Origin: Phoronis australis | Lineage: Eukaryota; Animalia; Phoronida | Direction: 5' to 3' | Length of the DNA: 64,000 nt | Assembly (NCBI GenBank): GCA_002633005.1 | Contig: NMRA01000081.1 | Span: forward strand, 437,625-501,624 | Shown: one piece after another, positions 51,126 through 62,081 of the stretch | How the letters are laid out: each line of letters starts with the position of its first letter | Position numbering within the stretch: the first letter of the stretch is position 1 | The notes under the pieces: generated by a model | The model's database searches: none | The model's input: only the letters and a program-made list of their open reading frames with translations | What the model was told of the DNA's origin: nothing | Program-made: the position numbers and the translations under genes

Positions 51126-54100
51126 AATGAACTTGTCCACAAGGTTGAAAGTAACTTAATGTAAATTCATGATATTAGTGCTTCACTCTGATTCCACTGA
51201 ACTTTTGAAAATATTTTAACAAATATCATAACTGGGGTTATTGTATAGAAGTATAATGGTACTATAGAAGAAACTTGCTTTGATTTGAATTTTTGCATGA
51301 GGTCCATTCGAGCCACCTGCTTTCACGAACTCCCAGCACAAACTTGAAGTCAGATGATGAAAAACTAGCAATCTTGTCATACGTCAAATTGCCATTGCTG
51401 TCTTGCAAGCAATAACTGAAGAGACATTTTGAGTGGCCATTTGAGATGTAAGGATACCTAAGCTTTACATTTGTCTGACGCTGAATTTCAATTAGGATAG
51501 CTAATGGTCTTCAAGAAGATGCCACATACTCTTCTTTGGCCATCAGGTTGTTGTAGTCTAATGGAAGGTGGAGATAAAAGAGAATTTAATATCACTTGCC
51601 TAATGAAGCTGAAACTGTCTATTAATGTTCTTTAAACCTATCAAAGATGGCATTAAATGATAACAACAAACTTATTGATCCAGGTTAGCTGCTTGGTTAA
51701 TTGTTATTGATCGCCCTCTTCTTTGATTGGTCGGTGTGACGCTGTATCTGTGTACAGGGAAACAATGCATAGGAACTTTGTTTAACCAATTTAATACGAG
51801 TTTTGGAACTTTTAATTAAGAACAGTGCATGTTTACCACTGTCGGTTCAGGTGTTAATTGCCAATACGTCAATCCGATTTTCACGACAGTCTATTGATTA
51901 TGGTTGGGCAGTGTTTGAATTTTATCAACAATATCCTGGGCCCATGGTCGCCACAAAACTGGAAAATGTGCGACATGTAAAACAGAGAGACCAAGATCAA
52001 AAGAAACACGTAAACTCAAAACACAACTTCTGTACATACATTATCTATCCAAATCCTGTAGCCGGGAAAAAGCTTTTTCTTAAACAGGTGGTTATATGCA
52101 AGAACTTCATCAGTTTTGTGCGCCCAACTTGTTTAAACACGTCGCCATGACCTGTTTGTTGACACTCGTGATATATTTGAAAAAATAACCGATTTGAGAA
52201 AAATGTGTCACTCTTGTTCACTTTGTGTGTGTTTTAAATTAGGCTTAAAAACAACTGGTCATAAACCCATTTTAGTACATCGACTACTAAGATAGGTAAA
52301 TTGTATGTGCATTTATGGTAGGCAGGTACATTTGCACTACAGAAAATGTCACAGCACATTTGTTGGTGTTCATGCGCTCCTGACACATTTGGATTTTCAA
52401 TTGTAGAGAATGCCACTATACACTTTCTTATTCCACGGTGAAGATCCCACGATCTCTCTTCCAAGCAAAGCGGGGAGTTCAGTACATGAATTTATACTTG
52501 TAACTACTGGCTTCTGAAACCATTTGTTTGCCATCAGGTGTTTAGATACTTTTCATTTAGGCCCACCTCATCAGTGTGGAGCACCCCATTCCATGAGGGC
52601 CGTCAACGCATTTGCACCACATTCACTTTCACATACTCAAGTTAAGGTGGGGAACAGAGTAGCAAAAGACAATTACTCCTTGCTCATAGTCTGTTAGTGA
52701 ACCATAGGTGTCACTTCTGGTCATTATGTACATGTCATAGCCATTACATGCTAAAGTAGAGTTAGTCATGAAGAGCCTTTTGTGCATAGCTTTAAAACAA
52801 GGCATGAAGAACATCCTTCTCTATTTTTGTATGTTCATGATTTTACACTAAGGTGTATGGTTGGACATTTTGCCTGCTATTCAGTCTTGGCTAACAACAG
52901 CAAAGCCATTGAAACTATTGGTCATTTCCTTGTTGTAGAACAAGAGACTGTGGATAGAAACTTCTCAAAATGACCATACCTGCACCTAATTTTTATATTG
53001 AAGGGACTCTAAATTGTAATAACTACATAATTGCTACATATTTATGATTTAAGTGTACAGTTAAGCATTACTTTATTAGTTAGGCCTATCATATGCAGAT
53101 ATTATCAACGAAACAAAACAAACTGAAAATCATGTCTTTGCCTTGCTGCGATGTACTGGAACAATTTCTTGTACCTTCTTACTTTCTTTTGTGATTATCC
53201 ATGTATTTTTGGTGAATTATCGAGGTACTTCACTCAAACACACCCCAAATATCTGGCAGGACGGTGTGAGCCAGACAAACTGACAAACTGATCTTTATAC
53301 AGGGGTAATAAAGTTGAGTGTACCAAGTTGCTTTACTCAAACAGAATGTAGACGTCTGCTATGTTCTGCACTAATTAAATGATGAAGGTGCATCTGGACT
53401 ACTTTTTATTGCTTGGAAATAGTCTCAAACAAAATTCATCAAATTTTAATCATTCTATGAACCCAATAAAACAAAGTTTGTACATATCTTTGCTTAAGTT
53501 TATGTTTGTACAAAACTATGGCGAAGTTATTTGATTACTTTCAAACCAAAACTTGTCAGCCATGTCTTCCTTTTGATCTCTGCTCACCAGTTACGGTATT
53601 GTGTTTACTGCCTACTCTGGAGTGAGCTGGGAATAAAACGGATCATAAAGCAGTTTGAATCAAGTTTATTACCTTTGCTTGAGTAAGGACGGTCCCTTTG
53701 ATGTTTCTACATGGTCTATCTTAGCTGTCTCCCCAGGACTAAACACCTTTCATTTACTTAAATACCTAAATACTTTATTTAGTGTTTGTAGATATCATAT
53801 TGGTGTTGTTTCTCTCACCCACTTAAGGGATAGTTCTCATTCATTGTGTAAGGTGTCAATTTATTCAGGGAACTGGAATTTGTGTCTTAGTTCAACACTC
53901 CTTATGCAGTGGAGGCATTGCATTTCGCCACCAATATCTTTGGTGCGAGACACATACCAAAAATGAAACTAGTACTTGGTATTCATCACAGCCATCAAAT
54001 ATCCAAACAACCTCCACTATTTGGATATACGGAATAGATCACTTGACATTTCAATGCCATCTTCTAGACACCTCAGGTGTCCAAAGTACAAGGAATTTGA

Positions 54101-54375
54101 CAAGGCATACTGTTTTAAAAGCAAAAATGTATTTGGAGAACAAGGTGAATTTGTTTAAAAATTGGTTATTGTCAAAATGAGCCTTTATATAATTGAATTA
54201 TATAATGAGTAGAAATCAAGATTCTGTACATACAAAATTAATGTTGTCTCAATAAAAGATAGAAAAATACTTGGAAATAAGTACATTTATCTTTTGTTAA
54301 ATATCAGAAATTATTTTTGTCATAACTATTACTGCTGAAAATGTTATTTTAGTGAAATTATTTTTTATTTTATAG

Positions 54376-54450
54376 ATCAAGCGTGCCATGAAACGAGGGG
54401 TTGCAGCCATGATCATTGACATCACAGAGGACCCCCGGGTAGCTGAGGAG
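54376..54450 (+). CDS. ZNRF3: ZNRF3-like exon 3 (IKRAMKRGVAAMIIDITEDPRVAEE)
   Basis: 75 nt, acceptor ttttatag, donor GAG|gtaaga, PA-domain motif. Confidence 0.93.
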
Positions 54451-54698
54451 GTAAGAATCGGGCATGAGTAGACCCTCTCCATGTAATGTTAGGTGCATGT
54501 CGGGGTGTATGTTATAATTTGACTTTTGGTAATCTGCCAATACTAATTCGTGTTTGTGAAGAATTTTGTTTAATGAGGAAATGAGTTTAAACCCATTTAG
54601 GAGCTTTTATAGTTCAAGTGGGTTCTTAGGTTATTTTTATGAGCAGGATGGTTCATGTTCACCACAACTGTACCAATAATGCCCATGGTTATTTCCAG

Positions 54699-54875
54699 CT
54701 GAGTAAATCCAGAGCAAAATCCCTGGACAAGCCAGTTGTACTTCTAAATGGTCGTTCGGCCGAGGAACTGATGAAGATTGTCACGGCCAACAAGAAAGCA
54801 CATGCTCGCATCCGGGTGAAACAGATAGTCACACCTATCACAGTCAAGACTCCTCAGCAACTTCCAGCCTCTCAG
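54699..54875 (+). CDS. ZNRF3: ZNRF3-like exon 4 (LSKSRAKSLDKPVVLLNG...PASQ)
   Basis: Acceptor atttccag, donor CAG|gtgaga. Confidence 0.92.
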
Positions 54876-55415
54876 GTGAGAGCCGCTGGATGACATCCAG
54901 TTGATGGCACGGGTTAAGACCAAGAATTGTCTTATCATTAATTTAAATGGAATAAGTTCCAGTGATGAAGACTTTTTTTGGAAAAGTCTTTCATACTGCA
55001 CATATTGTTCAGAAAAGTTGACCTTACTCTTGAGCTATAGTGTTTGAAATGTTTACCTCTTTGTGTCAAGCATATGCATCTTTTGTGAGCTTAAAACCTA
55101 ATCCTATTGTGTAGTAGCTTGGTCAGCTCCACTAACTTATCAAATCCTGGTTTTTAACCTATTCTTTCCCTATTGTGTCATTGTATTGTGTAATTTATTG
55201 AAAGCAGCCTTTGTATCAAAACTACTTTTCTCATAGTATTCACTAATTCAAGAGGCTTTGTTCACAAATGTAAACTAGATTGCTTCAAGTCCAAAATGAA
55301 AAATAAATTGTAAGATTGGCACAAGACGTAATTCATTAAATGACTGACAATAAAGGGACAGTTCTGTTTGACAGATACACAATTATAATAATGCATTTTT
55401 CTATGTGGTTTTCAG

Positions 55416-55517
55416 GCAACATCTGAACAAGGTTCCTCAAATGACATGATGGATATGGGGATATTCATTGGGTGTATAGTTCTTGTCTTTCTTATCTGCC
55501 TCGTTTTCGCCTGTAAG
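55416..55517 (+). CDS. ZNRF3: ZNRF3-like exon 5, transmembrane helix (DMGIFIGCIVLVFLICLVFACK)
   Basis: Acceptor gttttcag, donor AAG|gtaagt, DMGIF motif. Confidence 0.92.
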
Positions 55518-56080
55518 GTAAGTCATAGTGCAACTTTGTCATAACAGACCGTCCCGAGTAGCCAGCACTGTACATGGGACAGTCAAAATTTCTAAGATAT
55601 CTCACACACAAGTTTTTGTTTGGCAGACCATGTTTGATTTCATGCTTCTACGCATGAGTGATGGCATTGAGATAAAGCTGCTGAACAAATCGAGATGATT
55701 ATAATCTTTTAATTTGGTGTGTTCAGTCTATACGGTTCCTAAAGTTCCCGAGATTCCATGATCATGGACATTCAGTGTTTTGTCATGATCAGCTGTTGTG
55801 TTTTTTTAGTATTCTATAAATGTTTTACATGGAAAACAAAATGTCTGGGTTACACGAAATGTCTAACAAACTGTGATTTTCTCTTTTACCAAATTTAATT
55901 ATTGTCATTCAAATGAGACTGGACAACATGCCATTTGCAAAGATTGCTTTAGGCGGTATTAATTAAACTTGCTTCCTGTCAAAGCATTATGCGGTCACTG
56001 AGCTCAATTTCTTTGTCAGAAAGAGGTTATTTTGATTGAAACAAAGAGTTGCCATTTAATGTAATTACCTTTGCTTTCAG

Positions 56081-56107
56081 TTTAAATTCCGGCAACAAGA
56101 CAGGCAG
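56081..56107 (+). CDS. ZNRF3: ZNRF3-like exon 6, 27-nt micro-exon (FKFRQQDRQ)
   Basis: Acceptor ttgctttcag, donor CAG|gtaagc; matches juxtamembrane IKLKQRRSQ. Confidence 0.85.
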
Positions 56108-56743
56108 GTAAGCACACAAATGTTTAAGATTTTATTTGCTCAGAATATTATTTCGTATTATTGCTCATAGGTGGCAGCAGCAGGAAGGGAGGTTTAAATG
56201 TGCGTAACAACGTGGTTATATATCAAAACAAGGCAAACTGTGTTTTTGATCACTTAAAGAAAATTTCACCCTACTATATCTTTCTGTAGAATATTTAAGC
56301 TTGTTTTGGTTGTTGAAAATAGCCTCTGGAATACTGAGTTTTCCATTGAAAATGAAGTGACCTGTTTCAGGGGCAACACTGGCAGACCTAGGCTAACATG
56401 TTCAAAGGGGGAGGTGACCTTAATGTACAGAAAAACAGTGCTTTTTAATATAGCCTAAATGTCGGTATGTCACTCCTGCTTTTGACTGTTCTCAAAAGAA
56501 CATCCTCCCAAATCCAATGGCAATACCACCCAGGAAAATTGTGCGACATATTTCTCTTCTTCAGTTTTACTCTTTCATTAGCCTAACAAGTAATCTGTTC
56601 AGCCTGTGACAACCAAAGCGTGTAGGGCAGAAGTTGTTCATGGGTCTCGTCATGAAATGCACCATTAAATACTTTGAACAATGTGATTATTTTATGGTCC
56701 AAAACCATTTTTGTTGTCACAATTTTGAGTTAATTTCTTTTAG

Positions 56744-56908
56744 GTCACTCTTCTGGAACAAGCTCAAAATGTTGTTTCAAGGCTCAAAACATACCCGTAT
56801 GTGTATAAAGGTCCAGCCAGGCCACGGAGCAGGGCCTCAGATGTCCACAGTTTGGACTCTAATGCCGAGCTATGTGCTATTTGCTTAGAAGAATATAAGG
56901 ATGGGCAG
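56744..56908 (+). CDS. ZNRF3: ZNRF3-like exon 7 (linker and first half of RING: ELCAICLEEYKDGQ)
   Basis: Acceptor ttcttttag, donor CAG|gtaaca. Confidence 0.93.
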
Positions 56909-57309
56909 GTAACAACAAAGCACTGTGCTTTTGTGATGCTAATAATGAAAGATTTAGGTTCTCTGAAATCTGTTGCTTTTAGACGAAAACTGCCAAAAAT
57001 GTATGCAGTTTTTAACCCAATATGGTCTGTAAAATAATTGTGAGATGTCAATATTTTTGTTTATTCCACTAATAATTATCCACTTATTATCTGAAGGAAA
57101 AAAGAAAATTCTATTAGACCATATATTAATGAAATCTGTCAAAGCTTCTTATTTTTGTCAAGTTTACAAGAAGCAGCAGTGGGCAAACTATGCTGGACGT
57201 TTTGTTGTTAACACAAAGAGATTGTTTCAACACTACGAGCAACTCTGTATCAAGCTTTCAAACAAAAAGTTTAGTTGTGTTTTCTGCGAAGTTTGTGTTA
57301 ACAAAAAGA

Positions 57310-57551
57310 GTACAATAAAAAAAATAATTGCAGGCGGTCTGATACACGTTGTATCAGACGTGCGCAGGCCTCGCATGTGGGCCCATTGCACTGATCACCT
57401 GGAAATATTTTTATGCTGTATTGATATATGGTTAAAACCGAGCTGAGGAACTAGAAACCTGGCTCAAGGGTTTAGCAGTGTGACCTGGTGAGACTTGAAC
57501 CCACGACCTCGAGTAAAGAAAGCGGGCACTTATCATCCAGGCCACACTGCC
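57310..57551 (-). mobile_element. tRNA-derived SINE
   Basis: Minus strand GGCAGTGTGGCCTGGATG (A box)...GTGGGTTCAAGTCTC (B box), followed by a body and an AT-rich tail; no clean cloverleaf. Confidence 0.6.
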
Positions 57552-58222
57552 TCCTCCAAAGAGTAAAATAACAAATAACAAAGAAAATATTTAAAAAAGA
57601 AACCAGTCATTTTCCCATATTGCCTTATTGTAACTATAAGTTGTCGGCATGCACTCTTGAAGCTTTTTATGAATGAATGAACTTTGATCAAACCAGTATA
57701 CAAGATTGGTGCATGCTGCAGTCATGCGATTTTACTCGGACACACCAACAATGCACTTGATTTGATCACTACTGACATATGCCAGGTCTGTTTGGTTACA
57801 TATCTTAAACATTTGATTGGTTCACGGTGACGACGTCCGGCTCACAAACCAGGTTTACTCAGCTGAACCGGCGTACGCTCGGTGGTTGAAGTGTGGCCAT
57901 TGGCAACAACTTTATCATAGGAATGTCTTTTGCTTTTTGTAATGGTCATCACCATATTGTTTTGATCACCACCAGCATTACAGCGCTATTGCCAACATCT
58001 TTACTACTGCGTTGTCATTGGTGCTGTTTTTAATTTTATGTTATGTGTTGTTTTCTATGGAGTGCTTCAATCTTTCCTGTTTCCGACTTTTAGTTTTGAT
58101 ACCTTTGAGATGCACCTATGTTAGAAATAAAATCCCTTTTTGACCAAAGAATAGCTGTTGCCAAGTATGAACATTCAACCACTATTCAACAACTTAACGC
58201 AACTTGTATTACTTTATTGCAG

Positions 58223-58325
58223 GAATTAATGGCCTTGCCTTGCGATCACGAATTCCACAAAACTTGTGTGTACAGTTGGCTGATTCAACAGCACACATGT
58301 CCGCTGTGTGTGGAGAATATCTTAG
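58223..58325 (+). CDS. ZNRF3: ZNRF3-like exon 8 (RING-H2 second half: [11 protein letters not shown]...W....TCPLC)
   Basis: Acceptor ttattgcag, donor TTAG|gtaaga in phase 1. Confidence 0.94.
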
Positions 58326-58847
58326 GTAAGATGCTCACTTGTTGAAAAGGAGTGTAAAATCTCAACCAATAAGTAGAATTGTCAAAACTGAATCAGATCT
58401 TTTTTCAATTGGTTGTTGTGAATGCGTGCTCAATATTTCTCAAAACATAATCAGCTGGTAACCATGGTATAGAACCTGGAAATGATGAAGCATTTGTATG
58501 TAGTCAATAATTGTCTGCCGCATTGTGTCTGAATTTGCTGAAATTTTACCGCAACTTAGTTTTGCTCGTTAAATGATATGACTGAATTGCGTCTCTAAAA
58601 ACTCATTTTTGCCGTACCATCTAACATTTACTTTCTGTCAAACTGGTCGATTCCCCGACATCTAAAAAATGTGGCGCTTGAATGAGAATTTATGCGGGCC
58701 CTCTAAACAAGTTCATTAATTGCATAATTGATATCACATTTTCATCTTTAATCGAGTTGTTATCGTATAATATTTAGTAAATTTTATGCCTTACAATTAA
58801 GATAATTTATCATTGTTATCATGAATGTATTACGTAATATCTTTCAG

Positions 58848-60344
58848 AACATTCCAATAATAAAACCAATTGCTCAAGGTCAAGGCCACGGCCAGCACCA
58901 ACGTCTCCTCAACATTCCATTATCAACATTCCCCTCCAAACATCTCGTCGCCTCAGTGGCGGAAGTGACAGCGTCATTATTCTACCTGCCACTGTGGACA
59001 TGACTACAGGTCCGCACACGTTGCGTGGGACGATCAGATCACATGCTGCTGATGACCAATCACTGTCCAGCACGAGTTATGTGTCTCACAAAAGTAGGAT
59101 TTACAAAAAACACAGCAGTAATAGAGGTGTTGACTCACGCACTCGTAGGAGTGAACACGTGGCTTTGCTTCCTGTTGACAGAAAACAGAGTAGTGACTGT
59201 AAAAATGGTCCGAGCTATCGTAAAAGAGAAAGATTTGTTCATTTTCATCAAGATGAGTCTGACTCATGGTCAAGTGAGCGACAAAGCACCAGTGATGGCG
59301 GAACATTGTCCCAAAAAAGTGACCGAGGGAAACAGGTTCGAAAAAGTTCGATCAAACGTTCACAAAACCACCACTCTCAAGACTATGGCACTAAACATGT
59401 GACTGATAACCATTCAGTGCAGATTAAAGAGCGGACACAAAGTGATACGATTGATGTTTGCCACTGTTGTAAGAAAAAAATGGCATTACCGGAAAGGACT
59501 TGTTCTGAGACTGACCTTCAGGCAGAGTTCAGTCAATCTATGCTGTCACCTGGTGATTGCTGTGGCAGAGAATCATGTGACTGTCATGTGGACAGCAATC
59601 ATAGTACATACGGCAGTTCCGATACTGTGCCAAGCGACATAAGTAGTTGTGACTCCAATGTATATAGTACAAAAAGAGCAAAAGAATTCAAGGACAGTAG
59701 CACACAAGTGCTTGAATCGGATAGCCCGCTCTTGCCGGCAGTTCGACTGACACCTCAGTGCTTAGAGACTCGGTCTAGAAGCTGTAGACCGAAGTATGTG
59801 TCTAGTGTGCAAGATAATAGACTTAGTGACAGTAGTTGTTCGTCTGAAGAGAATGAGCGATTTTTACGTTCACTAGTCCAGCGGGCCACTTCACATCATT
59901 TGCAAGAGAATATGTGTCCAGTCTATATGGAGACGTCCGTTATTGACATTGACAACTCCATAACTCCGTTAATTACAGAAAACTCTGCATGTAGCTCGCA
60001 GTGTTGCAACACACGCCAAGTCTTACCAGGGATTCATTCCCCGTACGATCTCAGAAACATGCAATCAGCTCAACACAGCTCTCCATTCAATACAGACTTG
60101 GGAGTCACACTCGTGGAGCGGCGGGCATTTATAAATCCTCAGCCTGAGCACCGTTCCAACTATTGCTCAATGTTAGCCGAGCAGTTTCAGCTGACGAACT
60201 GCTATCTGAATTCAAACCAGCGTTATCTTTGTGATCGACGGAAAGACGAAGAGGAACCAAGACACAGAGCCAAACGACATAGGTGTGACTCTGCTCAGGT
60301 CAAGCAAAAGAGAAGTCGGTCTGTTGTGGTCAAGACCAAAGGAG
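58848..60344 (+). CDS. ZNRF3: ZNRF3-like exon 9, long Ser/Cys/His-rich disordered tail (reads to TGA 60361 if unspliced)
   Basis: Acceptor ctttcag in phase 1; 1.5-kb open frame; donor GAG|gtatta. Confidence 0.88.
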
Positions 60345-60668
60345 GTATTAGTTTTAGCTGAAAATTAAAATACTGATATAAGATATGTCAATGAGCAGGT
60401 TCTTAAAGAATGTTTTTGAAAGGAGCTAAACAGCTAAGAGAGAAGTTCCTTAAGTGACCCAAGACAAAACGCATGCTAAGTATCCAAGTGTAAATCGCAA
60501 GGCATTAGGTTTCATTTAAGTATAGAAATTCAAAAATAAATTTTTACCATTCATTGTTTCAGAAATACTCCTAAAAGCTAGCAACTATGAAAAAATTCTT
60601 AAGAAATTTTTTGTAGTTTTATTGACTTCTGTAAGCAGGTTTATGCATAGTTTTGCTTTTCATTGCAG

Positions 60669-60724
60669 GCGTGAGCACCACAAAACACGAGAACAGAGAC
60701 CATGTTGAAGGTGACGCAGTGTAA
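60669..60724 (+). CDS. ZNRF3: ZNRF3-like terminal exon 10 (GVSTTKHENRDHVEGDAV*)
   Basis: Acceptor ttttgcttttcattgcag, phase 1 match, ends in AV like RNF43. Confidence 0.7.
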
Positions 60725-61829
60725 AGGGATAGATCTCACATGAAACAATAACGAGATATGGATGGCTATGGGACCCAAAGTCTTGCTAAATATTTGTCAG
60801 TATTAACTGTACGCAAAACAGTCATTTGTCAAGAAACTTTGGGCAAGGTGCAATACAATTGAAGGTGAATTTAAAAGTAACATTGTTAGGTAATGAATGG
60901 ACTTAATCCAAGTGGACAGTAGCATAGCATTACAGAGTTTCACACAGTCGATACTGTAGTGTCTCTGGATTTTGTAAGTGTAAAATATTTAAGTGCATAT
61001 TTATTTCATACCAACTATTTATTGCTATTTTTTGTACTATTATGTTTATGCTGTACGTTTCAATAGAGTTCGTACAAATTATGTGAAGTTGTGGAAGAAC
61101 AGATGGTTCCACTTACGGCGGAGCTATTGTCAAACTTTGTAAACCTGGAGTGAAACCATTTTTCCATTGTGTTCTGTAACCAGTGGTCTTCATTGGAGTG
61201 GTGTTTGATGTGAATTCTGCGTGTGCTTCCAGACTGTTATTCATTGAGAGCCCAAACATGACATGTAGTTATTCAGAGTTATGTTCTGAGTTGTTGTGTT
61301 AACATGAATTGTTACTTATTGTAAAACTGTTGTTAAATCTATTGCATCTTATCGGTCCTCGGAGGATGTATATGTACATGCTCTAAGATGTTCACCATGA
61401 AGTTGCCCGTTTTCAAGATTGAATTTGGTTCAACTTTCAATATGAAAGTAGACTTAGACATCAAAATAAAACACTATACGAAGCATCCCAAATTTACACA
61501 TTGAAATTTTATAGATTTTTGATGTAATTTTGTAAAATGTATGAACATAGTAAGTTTCATTTCTAAGAAAGAGACTGCTATAATTTTGGGGGCTAAAAGA
61601 CCTTCAATTTCAAGCTAAATTAAAACACGTTTGAGATGGGTTTAACACACCTAAAATTCCACAGTTGAGCTCCACTTAGGACTCCGTGCAATTATGGAAG
61701 GTTTCATTGGCTGTTTAATGGAAAATAAGCACTTATTTCGTAATTATTTCAAATAATTTCCATTTCCAACTTCTCAGATTTCCTTTTTAATGTAGAAGTA
61801 TTCAATACGGATACAATCGCTCAACATGT

Positions 61830-62081
61830 CTAAGCAGCTGATTAGTTTCCCGTAAAATCTACCCACAATAATTGCCAAAAATGCCCTTTTCTACTTTTCA
61901 GTGGCTTTTACATAGTTGTGAATGTCCACAAGTTTTCAAAACTTTGTTTTATGGTTACTGGGGTACAAAACGTTAACATGGAAATCATTTAATTCGGTGC
62001 TACATATGTTTCATGGAAAAAAAGAAAAAGTAAAATTACACTTGTCACCCATATTGTGTCCTAAATTGGTGAGATGTTACC
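61830..62081. mobile_element. Further (inverted, degenerate) copy of the TA-flanked MITE family
   Basis: atattgtgtcctaaattggtgagatgttacca-ta is the reverse complement of the family left end; left boundary approximate. Confidence 0.5.

Larger units (their letters stand above)
19009..60724 (+). other. ZNRF3: Gene model: ZNRF3/RNF43-family PA-TM-RING-H2 E3 ubiquitin ligase, 10 coding exons, 2526 nt, about 841 aa
   Basis: Spliced product aligns by eye with ZNRF3: AKEKA.L.IVVYE, YTTNLNGNFS.AG...AEG...QMHP.GLCN..D.ED..EYG..GVVK.E.P, KRA..RG..A.I.D..E.P, PVV...G..A..LM.IV...K.A.ARI, DMGIF TM, CAICLE.Y.DG RING-H2. All phases are consistent. Confidence 0.92.

Noticed and set aside
57478-57551. tRNA gene
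   Set aside because: A and B boxes present but stems do not form a convincing cloverleaf and a SINE-like body follows
19009-60724. RNF215, RNF13 or GRAIL identity for the RING gene
   Set aside because: QMHP.GLCN, EYG..GVVK, DMGIF and the long post-RING tail are ZNRF3/RNF43-type features; which vertebrate paralogue cannot be resolved (likely co-orthologue)
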